Source: Octopus sinensis
Lineage: Eukaryota
DNA length: 64,000 nt
NCBI RefSeq assembly: GCF_006345805.1
Contig: NW_021832412.1
Span: 6,711 to 70,710 of the forward strand
Reading direction: 5' to 3'
Both the position numbers and the translations under genes were made by a program. The notes below the pieces were generated by a model. It was not told where the DNA came from. It saw only the letters and a list, made by a program, of their open reading frames with translations, and did no database searches. This document shows, piece by piece, positions 40,159-53,072 of this stretch; position 1 is the stretch's first letter; each line of letters starts with the position of its first letter.

Positions 40159-40362
40159 GAGTGAGAGAGCCGTGCATGCCATCAAAGTAACACTGGGGTA
40201 AAATATACACAGCCCAGTATACCCATCATGACTACCCGTCTGATAAGGGTACACCAGACACATGCATCACAACCATATGTGCGCGACATGGTGATCTCAT
40301 ATCAAGATAAACAGCACATGATCTTGCAGGTGGGGCCCAGTTAGAATTTTCTTCTGGTAGAG
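40159..40362 (-). mobile_element. Family D element, 3' part
   Basis: Highly similar to 39251-39455. Confidence 0.7.
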
Positions 40363-40387
40363 TATTATTATTATTATTATTATTATT

Positions 40388-40447
<60 letters not shown>

Positions 40448-40451
40448 TAGA

Positions 40452-41060
40452 AACGATGCTTGAGTTTGGTCTTATTCCTGGTAGGATATGTGTGGGTAGC
40501 AAGTTACTGCCTGTAACCTTAAGTATCCACAAGTTTTCGCCAGTCTTTCAAATGCTTAGAATCCTCCTGATAATCCTTGCTGTCCCTAAGAGGCAAACTT
40601 CCTTTTGGAACTCTACCGTGTGTTCTATTTCAGTCTCCTTCGGCCATTTGTCTATATCTTGGTTTACTGTTCCCAACAGACCAATTATTATAGGCACGAC
40701 CTTTACTGTTCGCATGATCCAAATTCTTCCTATTTCAAATTGTAAAGGATTATATTTTCTTTGTTTCTTTCTTCCCCTTTCTTTACAATCCTGGAATCAA
40801 ATGGGTATGATGGGTCGATAAGTAAGCAACTTCACTTTTCAATATCTATAATTGTAATGTCCGGTCTATTATTTTCTAGCTTCTTGTCCGTTTGAATGGG
40901 AAAGTCCCACAAAATTTTACATAACTCCGACTCCAGTACTCTTTCGACTCGGTGATTGTACCATGTGTTTCCAGCTTCAAATCCCCATTTCTGGAAGTTT
41001 CCAGTGTAAAACTTTTACAACCTGGTCGTGCCTCCATTTCTTATATTCTTCCTACAAAAA
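40452..41060 (-). mobile_element. Decayed R4/Dong-like LINE 3' end
   Basis: Minus-strand EEYKKWRHDQVVKVLHWKL, ILWDFPIQTDKKLENNRPDITIID, VVPIIIGLLG, LLGTARIIRRIL motifs; ends in (TAC)n/(AAT)n. Confidence 0.8.
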
Positions 41061-41094
41061 GGAGTCTTAGATGTCAAGAACCCTCCTATTGGGT

Positions 41095-41260
41095 TACAGC
41101 AAGTAACCTTTGATGACAAGAACCCTCCTAAGTATCCTAGCTATCCCAAATAACACTGTTTTCTGGAACTGTACTAAACTGGGTTTTATCCCTATTTCCT
41201 CTATGCATCTGTTCATTTCTTTACGGATATTTCCCAATGCACCTATAACTACTGGGATAC
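41095..41260 (-). mobile_element. Second short R4/Dong-like LINE 3' tip
   Basis: Minus-strand IPVVIGALGNIRKEM...FQKTVLFGIARILRRVL. Confidence 0.65.
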
Positions 41261-41264
41261 AGTA

Positions 41265-41516
41265 TTATTTTTTATTGCCCACAAGGGGCTAAACATAGAG
41301 AGGACGAACAAGGACAAACAAGGACAAACAAGGACAGACAAAGAGGTTAAGTCGATTACATCGACCCCAGTGAGTAACTGGTACTTATTTAATCGACCCC
41401 GAAAGGATGAAAGGCAAAGTCGACCTCTGTGGAATTTGAACTCAGAACGTAAAGACAGACGAAATACCGCTAAGTATTTCGCCCGGCGTGCTAACGTTTC
41501 TGACAGCTCGCCGCCT
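41265..41516 (-). mobile_element. SINE family A, full length
   Basis: Near-identical to other young A copies; small internal acaaggacaa duplication. Confidence 0.88.
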
Positions 41517-41534
41517 GAGGAATAATAATAATGG

Positions 41535-41577
<43 letters not shown>

Positions 41578-42134
41578 CTTTTGTCAATAATAATGATAAT
41601 GATATTTTGTGTAGGGAAATTGTGAGATGCTTCGTTTGACGAGGTATAATCCACTGCTCTCTTCTTATCATGAGACTATTGTAGATTATTGTACATTGTC
41701 TCATTAATCTTGCTTGATCTCAGTCGGGGCCTCGGCACCAAATTTTCTGGAAAAATCTACTGATCCCACGCACATAACCACCAGCGTCTGGTTTCTTCTC
41801 TTATAATCACTCATTTTGAAAGCATATTCCTGGCTGCTGTGACAAAAGAACAGACTGATAACTCATTTCTCTTTCAAACACAATTTTACTAACTAACCCG
41901 AACTTTTCTTTTCTTTTCTGCTGCTTCAATTTCCGCTGTATTTCTTACCTTGTTGCTTAATTAACCCTCGAAATGCACAACGGATGCTCGTAAAATACAA
42001 TCGTTCTAATATAATGCAATTATATATGAAATGCGATAGGTTTGTGAAGCAAGGAATGGTTCAAGAATTAATCTCCTTTCACACTAATAGTTCAAAGTTC
42101 GAAGCAGTCGCTTATTTATCTATTTATTTATTTT

Positions 42135-42500
42135 GTGGCTTTATGGTAAAAAGCTTGCTTCCCAACCACATGGTTCCAGGTTCAGTCCCACTGTGTAGCA
42201 CCTTGGGCAAGTGTCTTCTACTGTAGTCTCGGGCCGACCAAATCCTTGCGAGTGTATTTGTTAGACGGAAACCGAAAGAAGCCCATCATATATGTACGTG
42301 TGTGTGTGTCTGTCGGTCTATCTGTCTGTCCCCCGCCACCGCGTGAAAAACCGGTATTGGTATGTTTGCGTCCCCGTACTTATCGACCCAAAAAAGACTA
42401 ATAAAATAAGTACTAGGGTCAATGCCTTCTAATAAAGGTTCTTCAAAGCGGTGCCCCAGCATGGCCGCAGTCTTATGACTGACACAAGTAAAAGGTAAAA
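42135..42500 (+). mobile_element. SINE family B
   Basis: Head to tail recognisable. Confidence 0.8.
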
Positions 42501-42546
42501 AAATAAAACAAACCAGTCCAGTATGAACTTATGTGTAGGTATGGAT

Positions 42547-42796
42547 TTTTATTCTTTTACTTGTTTCAGTCATTTCACTGCGGCCATGCTGGGGCAACAC
42601 CTTAAGGGGTTTTAGTCGAATAAATCGACTCCGGGACTTATTCTTTGTAAGCCTAGTAGTTACTCTATCTTGCCGAACCGCTAAGTTACGTGGAAATAAA
42701 CACACCAGCATCGATTATCAAGTGATGGTGGGGGTGGGTCAAACACAAACACACACACACAAATATCACACACACACACACACACACACACAACAT

Positions 42797-42866
<70 letters not shown>

Positions 42867-43024
42867 CGACGGGCTTCTTCTAGTTCCGTCTACCAAATCA
42901 ACTCGCAAGGCTTTGGTCGGCCCGAGGTTATAGTAGAAGACACTTGCCCAAGGTGCTACGCAGTGGGACTGAAATCGGAACCCTGTGGCTGGGAAGCAAG
43001 TTTCTTACCACGCAGCCACGCCTA
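42547..43024 (-). mobile_element. SINE family B, full length, inverted to its neighbour
   Basis: Reverse complement of the B pattern with internal (CA)n(TA)n. Confidence 0.85.
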
Positions 43025-43734
43025 CGCTTATGTTTGCGTGTGTGCGTATGTGTATGTGTGTGTGTGAGTGTGTGAGTGTTTGCATGTATGTTTTTTTAAA
43101 TATATATCTTTCACGGAGATTTTTCTCGTCGTTGGAACAAAATTACCTTGTGGTAGCTCATCCACCCAAGCTGCATAGAAAAACCCTTTATTTTTGTTGC
43201 TCCCAGACATACAGTTAACCAGTGAATGACCTCCGCCAAATTTGTAACTAACCACGTGATTGCTCAGACATTGCAAAATAAAAAGATATATAAAATAAAA
43301 ATTATGACTACTGCAGTCATTGCTTGCCATTTCTTCTACTATATAACGGCCATCTTTACTTCAAGTTGGTTTATATTTAGAAAATCTCACATTCTTCTTT
43401 ACGAGATATGATTCCATCAGCTGCAACTGAAATAGCCGCCATATTTTTTTCCCTCGTTTATGTTAGACAATCCTTCATAACAATGTCTTTCTTTGTTTCT
43501 ATTTCACTGACGTATATTATAAACCACCGGCATGACCTTTTGCCATTTCTAGAATCTTTGTTTGCTGCAAATGGCTTAGAAATAGTCAACTAAACTTGCA
43601 GAAGAGGTGTAAGCGGTGTCCTCAATATGGCTAGTATCGTTTCGACGAGGCCAGAAGATTGAAAAGCAAAATTAATTTTAATGTGTGTGTATGCATGTAT
43701 GTACCTGTGTGTGCGTGTGTGTGTGTGTGTGTGT

Positions 43735-43952
43735 GTCTTTGTGTTTCAGTTTGTACCCCCATCACCGCTTGACAACTGGTGTTGGAAAGTTTAACTACCT
43801 GTAACATAGCGGTTCGACAAAAATGCCCGATAGAATATGTACTAGCCTTAAAAAAATAAGTCCTGGGGTGGATTTGTTCGCCTAAAGTCCTCCAAGGTGA
43901 TGCTCCAGCATGGCCACAGTCAAATGATTGAAAAAGGAAAAAGAATAAAAGA
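43735..43952 (+). mobile_element. SINE family B, 3' half
   Basis: B 3' module. Confidence 0.7.
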
Positions 43953-44117
43953 ATATATACATACATATATATATATATTATATATATAGAATATATATTA
44001 TATATATATATAGATATATATATATATTCATGTATGTATGTATGTATATATGTACGTATGTATGCATGTATGTATGTATGTATGTATGTATGTATGTATG
44101 TATGTATATATTCTTTT

Positions 44118-44500
44118 ATGTGTAGTAAGAAGCTTGCTTCCCAACCATATGGTCCTGAGTTCAGTCCCACTGTGTGGCACCTTGGGCAAGTGTCTTCTAC
44201 TATAGCCTCGGGCTGATCAAAGCCTTGCGAGTGGATTTGGTAGACGGAAACTGAAAGAATCCTCTCGTATATATGTATATATTAGTGTGTGTGTGTTTGG
44301 CCCCCACCAAAACTTGACACCCGATGACGGTGTGTTTATGTCATCATAACTTAACCGTTCGGCAAAAGAGACCGATAGAGTACGTACTAGGCTTACAAAG
44401 AATAAGTCCTGGGGTCGATTGCTTCGACTAAAACCCTTTAAAGCGGTGCTCCAGCGTGGCCGCAGTCAAATGACAGAAACAAGTAAAATAATAAAAGAAT
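44118..44500 (+). mobile_element. SINE family B
   Basis: Head to tail recognisable, short internal microsatellite. Confidence 0.82.
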
Positions 44501-45374
44501 ATACACAGAAATTCGCTAAATCATCCATAGAGTTTTACGAAGAAAACATATTCTGATATAGAATTAAGTCCGGTATCTTCCGAATTCAAGCCATTCCTTG
44601 CTGATGAAGCAACGGAAATTGCGGAAACTGATAAAAAATTCTCGAACAACATTTTCGGACGATTGCACTCCCTGTCAGTATATATGTATACAATTATGTG
44701 CTTTGACTACAGTATTAGAGTATTTTCGCTCTTATTTCTAGCATTTTCGCTCTTATTTCCAAACGTTATAGGTTCAAAGTTTTTTAGTATATATATGGTA
44801 TTATGGTAAAGGAACAAGTTTTGATTGGTTCTAATTTTGTTGACGTATTTTTGTTTTTCTCGTGGATGTTTTTGTCAAAATATTTTTATCATAGATATAT
44901 ATGTGTGTGTGCGTTGTGTGTGTGTGTGTGTGTGTGTGTGTTGTGTGTATTGTGTGTTGTGTGTATGTGTGTGTGTGTGTTGTGTGTTGTGTGTGTGTGT
45001 GTGGTGTGTGTGTGTGTGTGTTGTGTATTGTGTGTTGTGTGTATGGGTGTGTGTGTGTGTTGTGTGTTGTGTGTGTGTGTGTGTGGGGTGTGTGTGGTGT
45101 GTGTGTGTGTGATCGTGTATCCTTGTGTTTCTGTAAGTCTAATCTCTCACGCCTGACAACCGGCATCGGTTTGTTTATGCCTCTGTAACATGGCATTTCG
45201 GCCCAAAACAAAAATAAAACCGTTATAATAAGTACCAGACCTATTCTCACATTCACACACCATTTGTTTTTTCTTGATTATCTTACTTAAGATTGAATCC
45301 TTCCATTCCTAGTTTCAAAAACGTCTCTCCACGTATTCCTGAAATACCATCACCTATAAACTACTACTACTACA

Positions 45375-45439
<65 letters not shown>

Positions 45440-45550
45440 CACTACTACTACTATATAACGTTGATGTGACAATAACAAAGTGCAGAAGGAAGAATAAAAT
45501 TAGATGCTGCCAAATATGTATAGAACCCAAAAAATATCTAAACACTCACG

Positions 45551-45588
<38 letters not shown>

Positions 45589-45761
45589 CGCATACACGTA
45601 TGAGCATGTGTATATGTATGCATGTAAGTATGTGCGTATGTATGTATGTGTTTTTATGTACGTATGCAAGTACGTATGGGTGTGTGTATATATATATATA
45701 TAGCTTGTATGAATGTATGTTAGCATATGCGTGGACGGGTGCATACATGTGTGTGTGTGTT

Positions 45762-45794
<33 letters not shown>

Positions 45795-46411
45795 GTGTTG
45801 TGGTGTGTGTGAATATGTATGCTCACACACGTACGCACACACACACTACAAAAGCACTCATCAATGAAGCAATCGATCAATACATTGAAAAAATGCATTT
45901 CACGCATGCGCACGCTGGCACCTGTGCACATACCCAGGGCGGTTTGCGCTTGATTACGTAATGAATGCACGCAATAATAGAATAAGTCTTTCGTGGAAGC
46001 AAAAACTTGGTCGTGCTAGTGGTGGTGGTGGTGGTGGTAGTGTTGTGCTGCTGCTGCTGCTGCTACTGTTGTTAATGATGATGATCATGATGGCTTCCTT
46101 CCCGAACGAACATGTAGCTTTGGGCAGAGTTGCTTGCTTTGCCGTTGATGGTGGAATTTTTACTTAACAAGAACAACAAAACAAACAAACAAAAAAAAGG
46201 AACGAACGTACAAAATATTAAACAAACACAGCCAAGCCTTCAATAACAACTCATTGTTTTTAACTTTTTTGTCGAATAATTAACGTTACAACATGGAGTA
46301 GACTAAGTAAATTGTATTGCTGTAATCACATAACAGTTGCAACAACAACTTATGTAACAACAACAATAATAACAACAACAACAACAACAACAGTAACAAC
46401 AACAATAATAA

Positions 46412-46640
46412 GTGGCTCTCGTGGCTTCTGATCTTAACTGATTGGAAGTGTTATCATGTACATTGTTTTGTCTTGGTATAAAAGATGGGCTACAGCAAAT
46501 ATTCTGCTCAATACCACAGATTTGCTTGTCAGTTGATTGACCTTAACCAGTTGAGCATGTCCCTTAGTGGCTGGCGATATGTGCATCTCTGATCACAAGC
46601 AGAAGTAGTAGAGGAGCATCATAGCCATGTGTTGAGAGAA
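46412..46640 (+). mobile_element. Family D element, 5' part
   Basis: Reverse complement of ~39555-39780. Confidence 0.7.
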
Positions 46641-46808
46641 ATTTTGCTTCAGAGCTTTGAATATGAAGCGGGCTTTATTTGACAAAGTTACATTTTCAGA
46701 ACATACAGGTGAGAAAGATTATGTTGATGGCTATGGAAAGTTCTGTCCTAAAGTAGTAAAAAGTATTCAAATATACGCATATGCTATATATGGCAGTATG
46801 TCTGTATG

Positions 46809-46874
<66 letters not shown>

Positions 46875-47461
46875 TATGTATATATGTATATATGTATATA
46901 TTATATGTATATTATATGTATATATATATATATACATACATATATATATATATATATGGGAGCGGTTATGAGGTAGGGAGAGAGATAGCACTCTTCTGAC
47001 GAACTTTATCAATATTGAAACACGTTTTTTAAAGTCATGAGTGGAGTCACAACTAGGAGAACTTACAAATATGCTGTATCGCTCCGTTTTTTTGCTATGT
47101 TCATGTAATAAAGTATAAATTCCTGACAGGAATGAAATATTTAACAAGAAGAAAAAAAAATGTGGAGACTGTAGGTAACCTGTTGTTTGATGATTTGAAA
47201 GTAGTTTCCTGAGGATATAATATTAGAATTATTTTCTCTGTGTGTGTTTGAGTCGTTTGGTCGTTGGTGATGCGTACGTTTTATTATTACTATTTATCCT
47301 TTTTTAAATTAAATGTATGTATGAATACTGCGTTTTGTCTTCCATTTTGAACCTATATGTGTGAATCTGTATGCGTTTGTGTATATGCACATGTGTACGT
47401 ATCAACAGGTTTATATCTTCAATAATGATATATACACATATGTGTGTGTATGTGTGTGTGT

Positions 47462-47512
<51 letters not shown>

Positions 47513-47869
47513 TGTTTGTAGCTCGGCATTTCCTGGTGTATAAATAGGACGGCATCAGGTGGGCTTCTAGCGAGTACGTCTGTATTTCAGCCTGTGTGTG
47601 AATATATATATATGTATATATATATATGTGTGCCTGTGTGAATGTGGGTGTGTCTGTTTTCTGTTTGGGGTTTGTTTGTGTATGTGTATGTGTGTGTTTG
47701 TGTGTGTGTGTGTGTGTGCGTGTGTGTGAGGGATAGAGAGAGAGAGAGAGAAAGAGAAATGGGGAATAATATGTTACTACACTTTATATAACACGTAGCA
47801 TACTTTGATCTTACCTAAATGCCAGAAGTAATGAAAAAAAGTAAGCATAAATATCTGTTTCATCTATAT

Positions 47870-47904
<35 letters not shown>

Positions 47905-48001
47905 CATATTTATTTGAACGTACATACATATAAACATACATACACACATACATACATACATACGTACATACATACGTACTTGTATGTGTGTGTGTGAATA
48001 C

Positions 48002-48062
<61 letters not shown>

Positions 48063-48575
48063 TATATATATATACATATACATATATATACATATACATA
48101 TATATATACAAATATATATACTCATATATAAAAGAATATACACATATATACACATATATACATGTATATGTCTATATATATGTATATGTCTATATATATA
48201 TACATATATATATGTCTATATATATGTCTATATATATGTCTATATATATGTATATGTCTATATATATATACATATATATAAATATATATGTATATATATA
48301 CATATATATATATATGTATATGTATGTATGTATGTATGTATCTATATGCGTTGATATGTGTTTTAATCACATATGTCTTTATATTGTACAAATTACTGGT
48401 GCGTTAACTGTTTTATTTCGATGTTATTCTGTACTAGAGAGTATATCTATAGATTTCAGCCGACGCCATATTTGTATGTCAGACATAAATATCTTGTCAA
48501 CGTGTACACTAACATCGTAAACATGGAAAGAGAGATCGGCAGAACTAACTTCGCTCCCGTGTGAAAATTTCGTGT

Positions 48576-48872
48576 ATTCGGGGGTCCGATCAATAAGTGT
48601 CCGGGCTGTTGTCATAATAACGAAGTTAAATCATGCCGATCGAAGCCGCCTGGCACAGATTGACCTTGAACTCTGCTGTGCATCTGCTCTAAGTTTTAGC
48701 GTTCTCACTCACTTCCGCTGTTTACAGCAGTGCTTGGAAGGAAGGTGTGTAGTGTGTGATTGTCGCATTGACCATGACAGAAAAAGTTGAGCAGAGAATC
48801 TGCATCAAATTTTGCCAAAAGCTTGGCGATACCTGCTCAGAGGCCTACGCAAAGTTTTCAAAAAGCTCTCAC
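48576..48872 (+). mobile_element. Tc1/mariner 5' fragment
   Basis: TIR-like cgggggtccgatcaataagt, then ATG at 48774 encoding MTEKVEQRICIKFCQKLGDTCSEAY (mariner N-terminal HTH); truncated. Confidence 0.75.
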
Positions 48873-49273
48873 CGTTCTCGACACAATCAAGATTTTGTGA
48901 TGGAGACAGGGAAATAAGTTGTGCGAGCGACGGTCAAGCCAAGAAAGAAAGAAAGATCATGCATGGCCGAGCACCGGTCACGTGGGAGGAACAGAGAGAG
49001 GTAGGGAGCAGAGGGATTGAAGAATTAGGGAAGGAACTAGAGAGAGGGGGAAAGGTACAAGGGAGACAACAGAGGAAAGTAGAGAGATTGAAGAAAGAGA
49101 ATGCCAAGAAATGTGAGAGAGGGTGAGCGAGAAAACGAAAATGGAAAGAAAGAGGATGCCAAGAAAGTGGGAAAGGGGGAGCGAGAAAAGAAAAGAGGAA
49201 AAAAAGAAGAAAGTCGTTCAGAATTTAGATATATACTTACCAGCTGAGCTAAAGGTGTACGTACGTCGCTATA

Positions 49274-49775
49274 TCTATATATATAAAACTGTAGTTGTGT
49301 GAGTGTCTGTCCCCTTCGATTTAGATTCCTAACTACTCCCACATTTTGCGGTGCAGTTTAACCAAAACCGGATATCTTATAGTCGTGATTCATATCGAGC
49401 CCTTCTGGGTATTAGCGCGCGTCTACGATGAGTCTACGATTTTTTTTTTAATTTACCATCATTTTTTTCCATTTTAATGCATTTTTTCGCTATTATATAA
49501 GGGAAGTAACTCTCTAAAAATGTCTACGATGAGTCTACGATTTTTAAAAGAATTTACCATCATTTTTTTTCCATTTTAATGCATTTTTTCGCTATTATAT
49601 AAGGGAAGTAACTCTCTAAAAATGTCTACGATGAGTCAACGATTTTTAAAAAAAATGACCATCATTTTTTTTCCATTTTTAATGCATTTTTTTGCTATTT
49701 TTGGCTATAACTCTCTAAAAATGCTTATATAGTTATTTCCCTACAAACCCGAGCAACGCCGGGCGATACTGCTAG
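49274..49775 (+). mobile_element. Non-autonomous Helitron with internal ~101-bp tandem repeats
   Basis: 5' TC, 3' CCCG-AGCAACGC-CGGG hairpin 8 nt before CTAG, inserted between A (49273) and T (49776) with no TSD; repeat units start at 49421, 49522 and 49624. Confidence 0.85.
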
Positions 49776-50023
49776 TGTATATATAAATAACAAAAGAACG
49801 GAACAAGAATGTAACAGACGACAATGAAGACATACGGACATTTATGGTTATATAGGTAATGTGGAAACGTAGGGTCTATGTGCACCTGTTCAATACTTTG
49901 TGCCTCTGCTGACATTGTGCCAGTATTCGAAACCTATATTTTGTGTGTGTTTCTCTTTCCTTCTCTCTTACTCTCTGCTTCTCCTACACTTTTTCTAAAT
50001 CTCTCTCTTTTTTTAAAATTCAG

Positions 50024-50122
50024 GATGGCCGTACAGCATTACACATCGCTAGTGAAAATGGCTATACGGAAGTGTGTGACCTACTTTTGGAATATGGTGC
50101 CAATCCGAATGCAGAGACGCTG
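50024..50122 (+). CDS. ANKDD1A: ANKDD1-like exon, one ankyrin repeat (DGRTALHIASENGYTEVCDLLLEYGANPNAETL)
   Basis: attcag acceptor, 99 bp, GTAAGA donor; canonical ankyrin consensus (LLEYGANPN). Confidence 0.93.
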
Positions 50123-50402
50123 GTAAGATAATTCATTGTTCTTTCTAGCCGGATGCTATATATTTATATGTGTTTGTGTCTGTGTGTTTATAGATAGATC
50201 GTTGATAGATCATTAGCCACTACACACATTTTTTTCTCTCCTTCTTTCTCTCCTTGTTTTCTGTGTCCTTTTCTGTAGAACAGCGTAGGTTCGAAACGTA
50301 AAAGACTTTTTCTATTCCCTGGGCGTTATACTAATACATCTGTTTGTTTTTTCGTAAACTCTCCCTATGTATATATATATATGTGTGTGTATATATATAT
50401 AT

Positions 50403-50447
<45 letters not shown>

Positions 50448-50847
50448 ATATATATAATTATATATGTTCTATGGCAGACATATTCTCCAGTGCTCAAAGA
50501 AAGAATCGTCAGATATAGTTAGTGATCATTCGCTTAAAACAAGCCGCCATGTTGCTTTTAAGCATGTTTTGATCTTACTGTCCAAATTACAAAGTGCATA
50601 AGCTTATACAATAAATAATCATTGATTCTATTGAGTGACATTTCTGTATGAGTAAGTATACACACGCATACACACGTACATATGTACGTATTTATGTATT
50701 TGTGTGTATGTATGTAATTATGTATGTAATGTATATGTATATCTATGTATTGTTTTATTGGCATGTTATTTAAAGTTGCTATCAATGCTCTGAGTTTTGT
50801 GGCGTCAGTTTATTAACGCATTGCCTGTTCGCGTCTGCTGGTTTCAG

Positions 50848-50946
50848 AAAGAAATGACACCGCTCCATCTGTCGGCAAACCATGGACATACGGACGTCGT
50901 GGCGAAGCTACTTCACTTTGGCTGCGGAGTAAACGCTCAAAACTTT
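50848..50946 (+). CDS. ANKDD1A: ANKDD1-like exon, one ankyrin repeat (KEMTPLHLSANHGHTDVVAKLLHFGCGVNAQNF)
   Basis: gtttcag acceptor, 99 bp, GTGAGT donor; TPLH motif. Confidence 0.93.
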
Positions 50947-50964
50947 GTGAGTATATAACGCCAG

Positions 50965-50983
50965 ATCATCGTCATCATCATCG

Positions 50984-51018
<35 letters not shown>

Positions 51019-51108
51019 GTCGTCGTCGTCATCGTCGTCGTCGTCGTCGTCGTCATCATCATCATCATCGTTATCGTCATCATCATCAACATCATCGTCG
51101 CCGTCGTT

Positions 51109-51144
<36 letters not shown>

Positions 51145-51330
51145 GTCATCGTTATCGTCGTCGTCGTCGTCGTCATCATCATCATCATCATCGTCGCCGT
51201 CGTTATCATCATCAACATCATCGTCGCTGTCGTTATCATCATCATCATCATCATCATCGTTATCGTCGTCGTCGTCGTTATCATCAACATCATGATCGCC
51301 ATCACCGTCATCATCACTACCGCCGTCAAC
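50965..51330 (+). repeat. (CAT/CGT)n microsatellite immediately after an ankyrin exon donor
   Basis: Directly visible. Confidence 0.95.
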
Positions 51331-51784
51331 ATCGACTATCACAGTGGCCGTCTTTGGTATCAGATAACAATAATTAATGGAGACTTACTCTGAGAAGCTC
51401 ACCTCGTGGGGATTTAAGTGAAAGCACTTAAAACCAAGTCAAAGTAACAGGTAGCGTGAATCTCCTGTCAAAATCTCGATCTACGGGCTCCGTCCGTTTT
51501 CCATTTGTTTGAATCAGTAGTTTCCAGTCAGGTAGCGTCACTGTAGCACTTTGCTGATATCGATCTTTCTGACCCCAAGCTCCGTCAACTGCGGTATTCC
51601 CTCTAGGCCCTGGTTTGCCTTCGATAGTCTTCCGTCTATATGTCAATAACTTTCTTGCCCTCACCCCAACACTATCCATTCCTAAGAGGGTGATATTTTG
51701 CTTCAATCCTCCGTATAACCTACTAGTTTTACTCCCCCGCCTCTCTCTCTCTCTTCTCTCTCTCTCTGTCTCTCTCTCTCTGTC

Positions 51785-51851
<67 letters not shown>

Positions 51852-52139
51852 CTATCTCTCGCTGTTTTTCACTTCTTCGGTTCCTCTTGATGCACGAGAA
51901 TTTACGAGGTTATTCAACTGTCATCATCTTCGTAAAGTGCTTCAACGTATAACCTAAACAACTCGAGTTCGATCTACACCGAGTCCGTGCACAGAGACCA
52001 CGTGACCATATTCCAATGACGTCATGCCAGTCTTGTCTCTTTCTGTAGAAATTTCTTTGCGCATCAAGAAAATTTTATCGCTCTTCTTTCCACAATGTGC
52101 ACACTACAATTAGAATCTTTCGGGTCAATACAAATACTC

Positions 52140-52400
52140 TGTTTTATGATTATTGGCGATCTCTTCTGGCAAACACCCATCCTCAACTTAACAAAAACTG
52201 CATCTCAAACACTGATCTCGTCTCTTTAGGGCCATTTCTAATAAGAATGTTCCATTCCTAAAACTCTATGAAGCTCAGGTTAGGCCTACAGTAGAACCCT
52301 AGAACCTTGCTTCGACATGTGGAAATGGTGTCACTGGTACCACTCATATAGACTACATCCAAGATCAGTTCTCAAGAAAATTACATAACCTCTGTTCTTT
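52140..52400 (+). mobile_element. Highly decayed CR1/L2-like RT C-terminal relic
   Basis: FLKLYEAQVRPTVE resembles the LYKAQVRPxxEY motif; surrounding frame broken. Confidence 0.45.
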
Positions 52401-52486
52401 TGATGTAAAATTTGATGTTTTATTAACAATGAAAGAACACGTATAAAAGTATAAAAGATTACATTATCGGGAGAAAAAAAACCCAT

Positions 52487-52665
52487 AACTATGTCACCAA
52501 GGAAACGAAGAAAAATGAGTGTGGGAATTAAACTACGTTACCAAGGAAACGAGGGGTGTGTGGGAATTAAACAATCAAGGAAACAAGAGGGGGGAAAGGT
52601 GTGGGAATTAAACTACGTCACCAAGGAAACAAAGGGGAAAGGGTGTGAGAATTAAACTACGTCAC
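52487..52665 (+). repeat. Imperfect ~40-bp minisatellite, about 4 units
   Basis: Repeated gtgtgggaattaaactacgtcaccaaggaaac with short purine-rich variable linkers. Confidence 0.8.
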
Positions 52666-52780
52666 ATAGAGCGTTCCGTTCCTGCTTGGGTTTCACTTTG
52701 TTCTTTTATACTGCGGTCAACTCAACCAGCTGTTCTCTTCCCTAGAATGCGTGACCATGTGCCTATGTAATAAAAAAAAT

Positions 52781-53072
52781 GGTCCTCCGTTGGTTACGGC
52801 GACGAGTGTTCCAGTCGATCTGTTCAACGGAACTCTTGCTCGGGAAATTTACGTGCAAGTGGCTGAGTGTACCCTTAATGTAGTTCTCAGGGAGAATGTG
52901 AGAAAGCTGGCCCCCTTTGAATTACAGGTATGATTCATTTTTGCCAGCTAAGTGGACTGAAGCAATAAGAAATAAAGTGTCTTGCTCAGAGGCACAACGT
53001 GCCGCGGGGATCGAACTCACAACCATACGATCGTGGGCCGAATACCCTGACCACTAAGTTACGCATCTTCAC
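52781..53072 (-). mobile_element. SINE with its own tRNA-like head, CORE-like middle and family C tail
   Basis: Minus strand gtgaagatgcgtaacttagtggtcaggg...ctgagcaagacactttatttc...tacctgtaattcaaaggggccagc...gtaaccaacggag. Confidence 0.65.

Noticed and set aside
44595-44640. CTGATGA-a-GCAA..TTGC-g-GAAA-ctga-TA hammerhead-like string
   Set aside because: Core and helix II are present but helix I cannot form; at best a heavily decayed relic.
52487-52665. CRISPR array
   Set aside because: Eukaryotic context, no cas genes, linkers too short and similar to each other; the same applies to 59092-59360.
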